The position numbers and the translations under genes were made by a program. The notes beneath the pieces are model-generated. The model made no database searches, was not told the DNA's origin, and worked only from the letters and a program-made list of their open reading frames with translations. Source: Desulfobacterales bacterium (GTDB taxonomy: Bacteria > Desulfobacterota > Desulfobacteria > Desulfobacterales > UBA5852). From it: 64,000 nt of DNA. Position 1 is the first letter of the stretch. Every line of letters starts with the position of its first letter. Below, piece after piece: positions 29,753 through 38,462 of this stretch. The stretch spans positions 1,600,001 to 1,664,000 of the forward strand of contig CAXXVS010000003.1 in the NCBI GenBank assembly GCA_963674755.2. Reading direction: 5' to 3'.

Positions 29753-30807
29753 CTGGCATCTCCCGGTGTGTTCAGCCCACAGGCCATCAATCCGGCCTGC
29801 TTTAAAAATCTTGCCAGCTCCGCCTCCGACATCAGGGGCTGGCTTTCGGACTGGTACGGTTGCAAGACCGCCTCCGAAACGACATCCGGATAAGTGTAGC
29901 TGATGTTGCGGTAGAGGTTCTTAAAGGCGGGCAAGACCACGAAATAGTCGGCCAGTTCGAGGGTGCGTCGGGTTTCTTCCCGGTTCAGGAGCTCCTCATA
30001 CATTTTTTCACCGGGCTTGGCACCGATCACTTGCACCTCGATCTGTTCGGGGCGCCGCCCGAATTGCGGTGCCAGTTCCCTTATCATGACCCGCGCCAGG
30101 GTTTCGATTTTGACGGCCCTCATTTTGGTAATGAACACTTCGCCCCCGCAGGCGTATCCGGCGGAATCCACCACCAACCGCACGGCGTCACCGATGCTCA
30201 TGATGAAGCGGGTCATGGCCGGGTCGGTCAGCGTCAGCGGTCCGCCCTGCCTGATTTGTTCACGGAAGATGGTGACGACGGATCCGCGGGACCCCAGAAC
30301 GTTACCGAAACGGGTGGAGGAGAAAATGGGGCCGTCCCCCCGCAGATTGCTGTTGGCCGCCGTCATGAGACGCTCGCCCATAAGTTTGGAGGTCCCCATG
30401 ACATTGGTGGGATTGACGGCCTTGTCGGAGCTGGTGAAGATGACCCGCGTCACCTTCTGGTCGATGGCCGCGGCGATGACGTTCTGGACGCCCATGATGT
30501 TAGTCTGTACCGCTTCGAACGGGGAGCGCTCGCAAAGGGTGACATGTTTGAAGGCCGCCGTATGAAAAACGACATCGATGCCCTTCATTTTGCTGATAAG
30601 TTTGCGGCGGTCACGCACATCGGCCAGGAAAAAAGACGCCTCGGAGCGGTCGTTGAAACACTGCTCGAGGGCGAAGAGTTCGCTTTCATTGTTGTCCAAG
30701 GCCACGAGTTCCGCGACGCGGCCGCCGGCCAACAGCTGATGGACCAGCTCCCGGCCGATGGTACCGCAGGCACCGGTGACCAGCACGCGCTTATGGGTTA
30801 AAGGCAA
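29740..30807 (-). CDS. Polysaccharide biosynthesis protein, UDP-sugar 4,6-dehydratase (CapD/PseB-like SDR)
   Basis: TTG start after GGGAGG; TGACGTIG, HTAAFKHV, SSDKAVNPTNVMGTSK, RFGNVLGSRGSV, MTRF, KPGEKMYEEL. Confidence 0.9.
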   Translation of the reverse strand: MPLTHKRVLVTGACGTIGRELVHQLLAGGRVAELVALDNNESELFALEQCFNDRSEASFFLADVRDRRKLISKMKGIDVVFHTAAFKHVTLCERSPFEAVQTNIMGVQNVIAAAIDQKVTRVIFTSSDKAVNPTNVMGTSKLMGERLMTAANSNLRGDGPIFSSTRFGNVLGSRGSVVTIFREQIRQGGPLTLTDPAMTRFIMSIGDAVRLVVDSAGYACGGEVFITKMRAVKIETLARVMIRELAPQFGRRPEQIEVQVIGAKPGEKMYEELLNREETRRTLELADYFVVLPAFKNLYRNISYTYPDVVSEAVLQPYQSESQPLMSEAELARFLKQAGLMACGLNTPGDARCGS

Positions 30808-30915
30808 GGGTGCCTCCCTTCGATGATAGCCGAAATGCCGACATAGTCCTCCCCTGACGAGGGATCCCATCTGCCAGCCAACGTCCTGTGGCTGGTCACG
30901 GACCGGTACCCCACG

Positions 30916-30943
30916 GTGTCAACTGCCGGCCGGCAGTTGACAC
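30916..30943. repeat. Perfect 28-bp palindrome
   Basis: GTGTCAACTGCCGG|CCGGCAGTTGACAC with no spacer. Confidence 0.85.
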
Positions 30944-31153
30944 GGTTTTATAGCATCGAACGCCGGTTGAAGCATAGGGGTGCGTTTTGCGGGCCAGAAT
31001 GGAGGATATTCAGGGGGCTGTCAAGAATAGGCGTCTCGTTCATGGGTTGGGGGGCGCTAGCGACACAAGAATGGCATCTGCGGCCAGAAACGCGCCGCGA
31101 TGCCATGAAAGGTGTTGAACACCCCAAGGGCTCCTATTAAGCGTGGAGGCACT

Positions 31154-31990
31154 TCAAAAACGGTAGGTCCCGCCGGCTTCCCCGCGCACAAATTTGTCCC
31201 CCAGGGTCGTACCCAAGGCCTCAAAGGCGGCCTCACCGGTACAGTGGCAGGCAATCACCTTATCGATCGGAAACGCGGCCAAGGCGTCCACTGTTTTCGT
31301 TAGTCGCTGGGGGCCGGCATTGACCAGATGCAGGCCGCCGATGAGGGCCCGGATGCGGGCCATGCCGCTCACGCGGCGGATGTGGTCGATGGTGTTGATG
31401 ATGCCGGCGTGGCAGCAGCCCACGCAGATAACGAGGCCGTCTTCGGTCGCAATCCACAGGGCCATATCATCTTCGATGGGATCAGGGTGCCGGACGCCCG
31501 GGTCCAGGAAAAAGGGGCCGCCGCTATCCTCATAGGGGGTCTGGCGGGGGATGGGACCGGTCAGCCCCATGGCCTTCGTGATAAAGGTAGCTTCCGAAGC
31601 CCAATGCAGTTGTTTTTCGGGCACGCGGTCGAGGGCGCTCCGGGCTTGGCCGGGCATGTGGATCCCCTTGGGGCCTTCCTTGCGTTTACTGTAGCGGGGT
31701 TGCACCACCGCGGGATGGCAATACACATGGACGTTGGGGGCTTCCTGGAGCACGTGGGCCAGCCCGCCGGTGTGGTCGTAGTGCCCATGGCTTAACACCA
31801 ATTGGGAGATGGTGCGCAAATCCACGCCCAGGGCGCCGGCGTTGGCGGGCAGGGCCGGCCCCTGGCCGGTGTCGAACAGTGTATGCCGGCCTTCGGCTAC
31901 GATCCAGAGGGCCAGCCCGTGTTCGGCGGTGAGCCCCGGGGCGGCCTGGTTGTCGACCAGGATGGTGATGTCGATAGGGGGTGATGTCAT
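31154..31990 (-). CDS. MBL-fold metallo-hydrolase (MJ0301/TM1679-like)
   Basis: AEHGLALWI, LFDTGQ, LSHGHYDHTGG, GCCHAGI, GGLHL, CHCTG. Confidence 0.9.
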   Translation of the reverse strand: MTSPPIDITILVDNQAAPGLTAEHGLALWIVAEGRHTLFDTGQGPALPANAGALGVDLRTISQLVLSHGHYDHTGGLAHVLQEAPNVHVYCHPAVVQPRYSKRKEGPKGIHMPGQARSALDRVPEKQLHWASEATFITKAMGLTGPIPRQTPYEDSGGPFFLDPGVRHPDPIEDDMALWIATEDGLVICVGCCHAGIINTIDHIRRVSGMARIRALIGGLHLVNAGPQRLTKTVDALAAFPIDKVIACHCTGEAAFEALGTTLGDKFVRGEAGGTYRF

Positions 31991-32002
31991 CGGCCTGCTT
32001 CT

Positions 32003-32944
32003 TCAGGGAAGGACATAAAAAGTCCGCTCGTCTTTGGCAACCCGCTCCAAACGGTGGGACGCGGCCAGGGTTTCGAGGTGCTTGAGGGCTTCGTTGATAT
32101 GCATGCCCAGGCCATCGGCCACATCACCGGCGGTGCAGGGACGGCGGCCGAGCATGGCGATGATGTCGTCTTCGTGGACGGTGTTGCCAGGCGCGATCGA
32201 TGGCGCGTGTGAGACGGGCCGGGCGATGATATCCACCGGACACTGAAACAGGGACGCCAGCGCGTGGAGTCGATGGACCGGGACGGCCGCTGCGACGGAT
32301 TCCGCCGGGGGGCGGCAGACCGTGTTCAACTGCACCCGGGCGGGCTGGATCTGGTTGACCCAGGCGGCAATTTGTTCGACTTCGGCCTCCGTGTCGCTCA
32401 GCCCGGCCAGCAGCAGGACTTCCAGCCAGACCTCCCCGCTGAAGCGATGGGTGAACTCGGCCAAGCCTGTGACCATCCGCTCGAAGGACAGGTCCGGGTG
32501 AGGCCGATTGACCTTTTGGAACAGCCGCTCATGGCCGGCGTCCAGGGACGGCAGAACGCGGTCGGCCGTCATGAGGGCCTCCTGGACCTCCTGTTGCCAC
32601 AGCAGGGCGCCGTTGGTCAGCACGGCCACCGGGATTGCGGTGCCGGCTTTTATGCCGCGGAGCACTTCGCCGATGGCGCTGTTCAGAGTCGGCTCCCCCG
32701 ATCCCGCCAGGCTGATCATATCGGGGGGGTGTTTAGTTTGCAGGGCCTGGCGGCATTCGGCCACCAGAGATGCGGCCGGTACATAAGGCCTTCTTTCAAG
32801 CGTCAGATTCGTGGTGCGCCCCAGCTGGCAGTAAATGCAATCGTAGGGGCAGGTTTTAAAGGGTACCAGATCGATTCCCAGGGAGCGTCCCAGCCGCCGG
32901 GAAGGCACCGGGCCGTAAACATGTTTGGGAGCATGGGCGGTCAT
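32003..32944 (-). CDS. Radical SAM protein with C-terminal HTH-like region
   Basis: YGPVPSRRLGRSLGIDL, CPYDCIYC (CxxxCxxC), GSGEPTL, VLTNG. Confidence 0.9.
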   Translation of the reverse strand: MTAHAPKHVYGPVPSRRLGRSLGIDLVPFKTCPYDCIYCQLGRTTNLTLERRPYVPAASLVAECRQALQTKHPPDMISLAGSGEPTLNSAIGEVLRGIKAGTAIPVAVLTNGALLWQQEVQEALMTADRVLPSLDAGHERLFQKVNRPHPDLSFERMVTGLAEFTHRFSGEVWLEVLLLAGLSDTEAEVEQIAAWVNQIQPARVQLNTVCRPPAESVAAAVPVHRLHALASLFQCPVDIIARPVSHAPSIAPGNTVHEDDIIAMLGRRPCTAGDVADGLGMHINEALKHLETLAASHRLERVAKDERTFYVLP

Positions 32945-33840
32945 AATGCGCTATCTTCTCCTGGTGTTGCGGATGCGCGTTCCCCGAGGGAGAGGGGGCG
33001 CATCAGGATATGGGTGCCTTCGGGCTGGCCGACATGATCGGCAATCACCGCGCATTTGATCTTGAACAGAAAAAAGACGCGCTGATCCGTGTCGTTCAAT
33101 GATTCGAGATTGCCCTGACCCTTGGCAATGACGAGGTCGGCCCGGCGATACTGTGCCCGAAAGGCCGGGCTGCAATCATCCAACAGGGTTCCGGGGGCAT
33201 CCGACCCGTTGTCGATCAGCGCGGCCATTTCATCCAGTCGGGCCGCCCGCGCATCTTCCAGGGTGGCGTCGTTGAGAACGGGTGCCCCGCGAACGGCGAC
33301 CGTTAGGCGGTGGCCGGCCAGCTGCACGAGGAGCAGGCGGTCAAAGACGATTTCACCGGCATTGTCCGCCAGGTACAGGATGGAGCGGGCTTCGTCCAGG
33401 GCCTGCCGGAAGTCGTCGATATCGCCGCTGAAGGGTTCGGCGAGGACATTTCGAAGGGCTTCCCGCACTTCATCCCCGGTGATATCGGCCCGGGCCCCCA
33501 GGTCGATCACATTGCCGGCAATGGCCAGGCGGGTGGCCATGGCCAATGGGTCCCTGGCCTCGCTCACGGCCGCTTCCAGTTGCGGCAGCAGGCGCCAGGC
33601 CAGTTGGTTGTGAAAAGTCTTCAGCGGGCCATAGGGGTCGGCGGCGGCGGTGGCTTCCCGCAAGCGGCGATGAATCTGTTGGGCCAGGGCCGGCGGGGAG
33701 TCCTGCAAATTGATGACGCTGGCCCATTGCAGGATCTCACGGGTGACTCTGAGATGAAAGTCGGGCTCCGGGGACGATCGCCGGGCGGCATCGATGGCCT
33801 GACGGATGAGGCAGGGAATGCAGTCCAGCGCAGTTTTCAT
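32941..33840 (-). CDS. DUF89/ARMT1-like metal-dependent phosphatase
   Basis: DCIPC, AIAGNVID, LADNAGEIVFD, PVLNDAT, AKGQGNLESL, KIKC. Confidence 0.9.
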   Translation of the reverse strand: MKTALDCIPCLIRQAIDAARRSSPEPDFHLRVTREILQWASVINLQDSPPALAQQIHRRLREATAAADPYGPLKTFHNQLAWRLLPQLEAAVSEARDPLAMATRLAIAGNVIDLGARADITGDEVREALRNVLAEPFSGDIDDFRQALDEARSILYLADNAGEIVFDRLLLVQLAGHRLTVAVRGAPVLNDATLEDARAARLDEMAALIDNGSDAPGTLLDDCSPAFRAQYRRADLVIAKGQGNLESLNDTDQRVFFLFKIKCAVIADHVGQPEGTHILMRPLSLGERASATPGEDSAL

Positions 33841-33975
33841 GAAGTCTTCCGCCTTTGCTTTTGGTTGGGCAGCGCATGAACCGGTTTGGGCGCGGCCCCG
33901 GACGGCGTCCTGGAATCCAATGGCATCGGGGCCGTTTCGCAGAGGAAGCGGCCCCGATCGTCTACTCGGCTGCTA

Positions 33976-34350
33976 TCATTGATCCGGTGATGAGGGGGTT
34001 TCAATATCTTCAAGGCGTTTTTGGATCCAATCCAGCTCCGCTTGAAGGGTTTTAGCCTGGGTGGCCAGGGCTTGCTTTTCGATTTCAGGATTCGGAGGCG
34101 TATACGCTTCAGGATAACCATACGGCACCTGGTATTCGCCCAAGCGCATTCCTCCCCCGCGTCTGAATGAACGCCCCTGGCGCCCGCCGCCCGCACCAAA
34201 GCCGCGTCCCCCGCCATAGCCCATGCCGCATCCCCATCCGGTGCGCGGATAGGCTTGCCCCCGGCGGGTAGATCCGCCGGCGCAGAATCCGGCCCCGCGG
34301 CCGGTCATGGGGCCCATTCCCATCGGTCCGGTACCATTTCTTCCTGGCAT
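33976..34350 (-). CDS. DUF5320-family Gly-rich small protein
   Basis: MPGRNGTGPMGMGPMTGRGAGFC signature; C-terminal coiled coil; AGGAGG RBS. Confidence 0.85.
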   Translation of the reverse strand: MPGRNGTGPMGMGPMTGRGAGFCAGGSTRRGQAYPRTGWGCGMGYGGGRGFGAGGGRQGRSFRRGGGMRLGEYQVPYGYPEAYTPPNPEIEKQALATQAKTLQAELDWIQKRLEDIETPSSPDQ

Positions 34351-34382
34351 TGTGATATCCTCCTGATGTGCGTTGTTTATGT

Positions 34383-34997
34383 TTATTCTCTTGTCATCGG
34401 GCCCCCGCATTGGGGGCATTTCTGCGTGGTGCAGGGCACGCCCCGTTCATGGGGTTGGCGCTGCCCACACTGGGAGCAGATGCAGAATTCGGCCTGCTGT
34501 GCGCCGGGCGTGCCGCCGACCGGCTGGGAACGTCGACCGCCCCCCTGGCCGCGGCCACCCCGTCCGCGTCCGCCACCGGCCCCGCGGCCCTGATTGGTTC
34601 CATTCATGAGATCATCCTCCTTGTGTACGATATTGTTGCCATGAAACGGACGGCCGCCTCTACGGCGGCATCCGGGCATCCTAAAGGTCTCGCGCTCCAG
34701 CCCGCCCCGGCACCAGGCCTGGATCACCGCAGCCGCCGGGCCGACCACATAGGGAACGACCTGGATGCCATAGCCGGCCACCATGGCCAGCACCGGCCGT
34801 GATATGGCCCCGCAGATCAGGGTGTCGGCCTCCAATTCCACCAACCGCAGGACCTTTTGAATCGGGAGTTCACCTGGCAGAACTTCCATTTTTTCGTCGA
34901 TCCATTGTCCCGCGACCTCGTCCACCAGGAGAATCTCCCGGGCAACATCGAAAACCGGTGCAATACGCTGATTCCATATGCTGACGGCGATTTTCAT
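34383..34997 (-). CDS. NifB/NifX (Orp-like) domain protein fused in frame to a Gly-rich linker and zinc-ribbon
   Basis: MKIAVSIWNQRIAPVFD, LICGAIS, MPGC; C-terminal CICSQCG...HERGVPC...CPQCG. Confidence 0.85.
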   Translation of the reverse strand: MKIAVSIWNQRIAPVFDVAREILLVDEVAGQWIDEKMEVLPGELPIQKVLRLVELEADTLICGAISRPVLAMVAGYGIQVVPYVVGPAAAVIQAWCRGGLERETFRMPGCRRRGGRPFHGNNIVHKEDDLMNGTNQGRGAGGGRGRGGRGQGGGRRSQPVGGTPGAQQAEFCICSQCGQRQPHERGVPCTTQKCPQCGGPMTRE

Positions 34998-35033
34998 CAC
35001 AAATCTTTCCCTGTGGTGTTCGCCATAAAGTAC

Positions 35034-35049
35034 AGCATAACATGTGCCA
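35034..35049 (-). promoter_or_regulatory. Sigma54 (-24/-12) promoter
   Basis: Minus strand TGGCACATGTTATGCT = GG-N10-GC, about 35 bp upstream of the NifX-like start and adjacent to a sigma54 activator gene. Confidence 0.85.
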
Positions 35050-35137
35050 GGAATTTCACCGGATTATTAAATGATATAACCTACTGTTATAATATTTAAA
35101 TTTATGGATTAAACCGGGGGGTGTGGCGGGAACTATA

Positions 35138-35186
35138 GATGCAGATATGCAACTGTTATGTCCAAATATAGTTGCAATAATGCTAC
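35138..35186. promoter_or_regulatory. Paired palindromic enhancer (UAS) sites for the sigma54 activator
   Basis: GATGCAGATATGCAAC (35138-35153) and GTTGCAATAATGCTAC (35171-35186), consensus GTTGCA-N4-TGCAAC, 33 bp apart. An AT-rich IHF-like spacer lies between them and the promoter. Confidence 0.6.
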
Positions 35187-36568
35187 TCTTTATCGGGGCG
35201 TGAACGGCCGTCTTGTTCTGGCAGCGCTATCCCCAGTTTTTTTATCCGACGGAAGAGGGTGGTTTTATGGATCCCCAGGGCACGTGCGGCGGCTGTGCGA
35301 TTATTGTGGTGCTCGGCCAGCGCGTTACGGATGGTTTGGGCATCGAGCATCGCGTGGGCTTCCTTGACGGTGGATCCGACCGCTTTTTGAAAGGGCGCAC
35401 CGGTGCGCAGCTCCTCGGGGAGGTGGGCCACGTCGATGCGGTCATCGGGGCACATGATAAAGGCCCGTTCGATGGCGTTTTCGAGCTCCCGTACGTTCCC
35501 GGGCCAGCGCTGCGCCATCAGCAGCGAGAGCGCTTCGGCAGTGATGCCCTGCATGGATTTGTCTTGCAGGCGGTTGAGCCTGTCGACGAACTGGTCCACC
35601 AGCAGGGCGATATCTTCCAGGCGCCGGCGCAGGGGCGGCAGTTCGATGCGCACCACATTGATGCGGTAGTAGAGGTCTTCTCGGAAAGCGCCCTTGCGCA
35701 TTTGTTGGGCCAGGTCCCTGTGGGTGGCCACGATGATGCGGGCCGGGGTGGTTTCGGGACGGGTGCTGCCCAGGGGCTCGTAGACCCGTTCCTGGAGAAC
35801 GCGCAGCAGGCGGACTTGCAGAGCCGGGCTGATTTCGCCGATTTCGTCCAGAAAAAGGGTGCCGCGCCCGGCCAGGGCAAATCGTCCGGGTTTGTCTTTG
35901 ACCGCTCCGGTAAAGGCCCCGGCCTTGTAGCCGAAAAGCTCCGATTCCAGGAGGGTTTCGGGCAGGGCCCCGCAGTTGACGGCCACAAAGGGTGCTTCAC
36001 GCCGGGGGCTGAGATCGTGGATGGTGCGGGCCACGAGATCCTTGCCCGTGCCGGTCTCGCCCAGGATCAAGACCGTGCTGGGGCTGGCCGCGATGGCGGG
36101 CAGGGCTTCGAAGACCCGTTGCATCAGGGGGCTGCGGCTGACCAGGTCGCCGACCCGGCTGCGCCCTTCCAGTTCCCGGCGCAGGGCTTCGATTTCGCTC
36201 AGATCGCGGAAGGTTTCGGCCCCCCCGATCACGCGGTCGTCGGCATCCCGCAAGACCGCCGTGGAAATGCTGACCGGGATGCGCCGCCCCTCGGCATCGA
36301 TGATGTAGCCTGTGCGGCCGATGACGGGTTTGCCGGTCGCCAGGGTCTGTCGCAGGGCGCAGTCGGGCCCGCACATGCTGGAGCGGAAGACCTCCGAGCA
36401 GAGACGTCCGATGGCTTCGGCCCGCGCGACACCGGTGATGGTTTCAGCCGCCCGGTTGAAGGAAGAAATGCGCCAGTCAGGGTCGACGGTAAACACCCCG
36501 TCCGAAATGCTTTCCAGAATGGCGTCGGTGGGCGTCGGAGCACGCTTGTCTTTGTTTGGGTCGCTCAT
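35183..36568 (-). CDS. PAS-domain sigma54-dependent activator (OrpR-like)
   Basis: PAS with CSEVFRSSMCGPDC (Cx8Cx3C); GETGTGKD, ESELFG, GAFTGA, LFLDEIGE, WPGNVRELEN; Fis HTH. Confidence 0.92.
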   Translation of the reverse strand: MSDPNKDKRAPTPTDAILESISDGVFTVDPDWRISSFNRAAETITGVARAEAIGRLCSEVFRSSMCGPDCALRQTLATGKPVIGRTGYIIDAEGRRIPVSISTAVLRDADDRVIGGAETFRDLSEIEALRRELEGRSRVGDLVSRSPLMQRVFEALPAIAASPSTVLILGETGTGKDLVARTIHDLSPRREAPFVAVNCGALPETLLESELFGYKAGAFTGAVKDKPGRFALAGRGTLFLDEIGEISPALQVRLLRVLQERVYEPLGSTRPETTPARIIVATHRDLAQQMRKGAFREDLYYRINVVRIELPPLRRRLEDIALLVDQFVDRLNRLQDKSMQGITAEALSLLMAQRWPGNVRELENAIERAFIMCPDDRIDVAHLPEELRTGAPFQKAVGSTVKEAHAMLDAQTIRNALAEHHNNRTAAARALGIHKTTLFRRIKKLGIALPEQDGRSRPDKE

Positions 36569-36758
36569 GGTCCAATGTCATCGCGGAAAACGCTGGATGC
36601 CGCTTACAGTGTGTGGATAAACGGCGCCTCAGGCCGGAATGCGTTGCTGCCGCCCGCATGCGCGCGGCCGAAGATGCCTCAATAAAGATCGTAGCGGCTA
36701 TTGATCCATTTTTCAAAACCTTTTGCCGCCGGCCGCGGTTTGGGATAAGGATCAGACC

Positions 36759-37955
36759 GTGTCAGCCGCCCCCGCCCATAGGGATTCCCATCCCCAATCG
36801 GCCAGGATTCTTTTCTGGCTGTCCACCTCGGTGGGGGTTACCATGGTGGGCATGGGTATCATCTGGCCCATCATGCCCGTTTATGCCGTTCAGTTGGGGG
36901 CGGGGGGCATCGAGCTGGGCTTCATCATTGCCGCCTTCAACCTGTCCCGCAGCATTTTCAACCCGGTGATCGGGCGGCTCTCCGATCGCCTGGGGCGCAA
37001 ACCCTTCATGCTGGCAGGGCTTTTGGTCTACGCGCTGCTCTCCCTGGCCTATATCCACGCTGCCAGCGTGGCCGGTCTGATCGCGGTCCGCTTCGTTCAC
37101 GGGCTGGCCGCTGTCTGTGTGGCCCCCGTGGCCATGGCGGTGGTGGCGGAGATCGCCCCGGCGCATCGTCTGGGGCGCTACCTTGGCACCCTCAGCATGG
37201 CCCTTATGCTGGGGGTGGGGGCCGGCCCCATGCTGGGAGGCCTTATAAAAGACTGGCTGGGCCTGGATGCGGCCTTCATCTCCATGGGCGGACTGGCCCT
37301 CGTGACCGCCTTCGGCATCATGGTCTTCGTGCCCCCCCTGGCGCGATCGCCGATCGAACGCCGTGTGTCGCTGCGCCTGGGCTTCAGGGCGCTTGGCCAA
37401 CGTCCCCTGCTGTTGACGGTGTTGGTGATTCGCTTTTTTTCGGCCGCCGGTCAGGGGGCGGTCTACACCTTTCTTCCCCTATACGGGACATCCATCGGAA
37501 TTTCCAGCGCCCAGGTGGGCGTTCTGCTGGGGGTCAACATACTGTTGATCGCCCTGCTGCAGCGTCCGGGAGGGAATCTGGCGGACCGTACGCGCCCGGT
37601 TCTCCTGATGGTGGGCGGCATTGCCCTGGCCGGGCTGGCCGTGGCCGGCATTCCGCTGGTGCCCAATTTCAGAGGTGCCCTTGTGATGAACGTCGTGATG
37701 GGGGTGGCCAACGGCGTGGCCGTCCCCGCCGCCCTGGTCCTGGCCGGAAGGGAAGGGCGTGAATTCGGCATGGGGTCGGTCATGGCCCTTTTCGATGCCG
37801 CCCTGAGCCTGGGGTTTATCGTATCCCCCATTCTCCTGGGGCTGGTGTACGACACCCTTGGCATCCAAGCTATTTTTTATGTCGGAGGGGCGATCATTTC
37901 CGGCGGCACGCTGTTGGTCGTGCTCGGATTGTTCATTTTTCGCACGCCTAAATGA
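36759..37955 (+). CDS. MFS transporter (DHA1/TetA-like)
   Basis: About 12 hydrophobic segments; motif A GRLSDRLGRK; GPMLGG. Start uncertain (GTG 36759). Confidence 0.9.
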   Translation: MSAAPAHRDSHPQSARILFWLSTSVGVTMVGMGIIWPIMPVYAVQLGAGGIELGFIIAAFNLSRSIFNPVIGRLSDRLGRKPFMLAGLLVYALLSLAYIHAASVAGLIAVRFVHGLAAVCVAPVAMAVVAEIAPAHRLGRYLGTLSMALMLGVGAGPMLGGLIKDWLGLDAAFISMGGLALVTAFGIMVFVPPLARSPIERRVSLRLGFRALGQRPLLLTVLVIRFFSAAGQGAVYTFLPLYGTSIGISSAQVGVLLGVNILLIALLQRPGGNLADRTRPVLLMVGGIALAGLAVAGIPLVPNFRGALVMNVVMGVANGVAVPAALVLAGREGREFGMGSVMALFDAALSLGFIVSPILLGLVYDTLGIQAIFYVGGAIISGGTLLVVLGLFIFRTPK

Positions 37956-38307
37956 CTTCTTTCTCCCAAGGGAAAAGAATAAACGCCCGGTCGCTTCCTA
38001 TATATAGAGAATCTATTTCCTATTTTTAAAATTTAGTGACGGCCTTAAATGATATAATCATCTGTTATAATAATAAAAATATGTGGTAATGAGCATTTGG
38101 AATAAAACTTGCTTTGACTGATGCCGTATAGTAAAAGAAGCAATTCCTTCCAGACCTGCAGAGAGTTGCGGCCCGGCACCATTAATTGGGCCAGAACCTA
38201 TATAGCCGTTTCCGTCGACTTGGATTCTCCTGAGTTCAGCATTCATCGCTAGCGCTTGTTCGTTTTCGAGGTTTTTATGATACGGACCGTTGCTCTCACA
38301 CCTGCCT

Positions 38308-38346
38308 AAGCCCCCTCATGTGCGTCATATGCCCGTGAGGGGGCTT
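38308..38346 (+). other. 11-bp perfect hairpin immediately 5' of the riboswitch
   Basis: AAGCCCCCTCA (38308-38318) / TGAGGGGGCTT (38336-38346), followed by TCATTTT. Confidence 0.6.
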
Positions 38347-38462
38347 TCATTTTAAGGCCAAACCCTTTGTGAAAGGGGGGCGGAAAGCCGCGGATCTTTT
38401 ATCCTCCGGGTCGCGTCCACGACCTGCCGATCATCCCAAAAGACAGCCGGGCTGCCGAGCGT
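38345..38462 (+). ncRNA. c-di-GMP-I (GEMM) riboswitch aptamer
   Basis: GGCCAAACC-cttt-GTGA-aagg-GGGGCGGAAAGCC..GGATCT...AGACAGCCGGGCTGCCGA matches the GEMM-I consensus (GNRA-capped P2, AAAG junction, P3 receptor, GCCGA end). Confidence 0.88.

Noticed and set aside
38345..38462. 3',3'-cGAMP (GEMM-Ib) riboswitch assignment
   Set aside because: The specificity position is G (38357), not A, although the scaffold resembles deltaproteobacterial variants.
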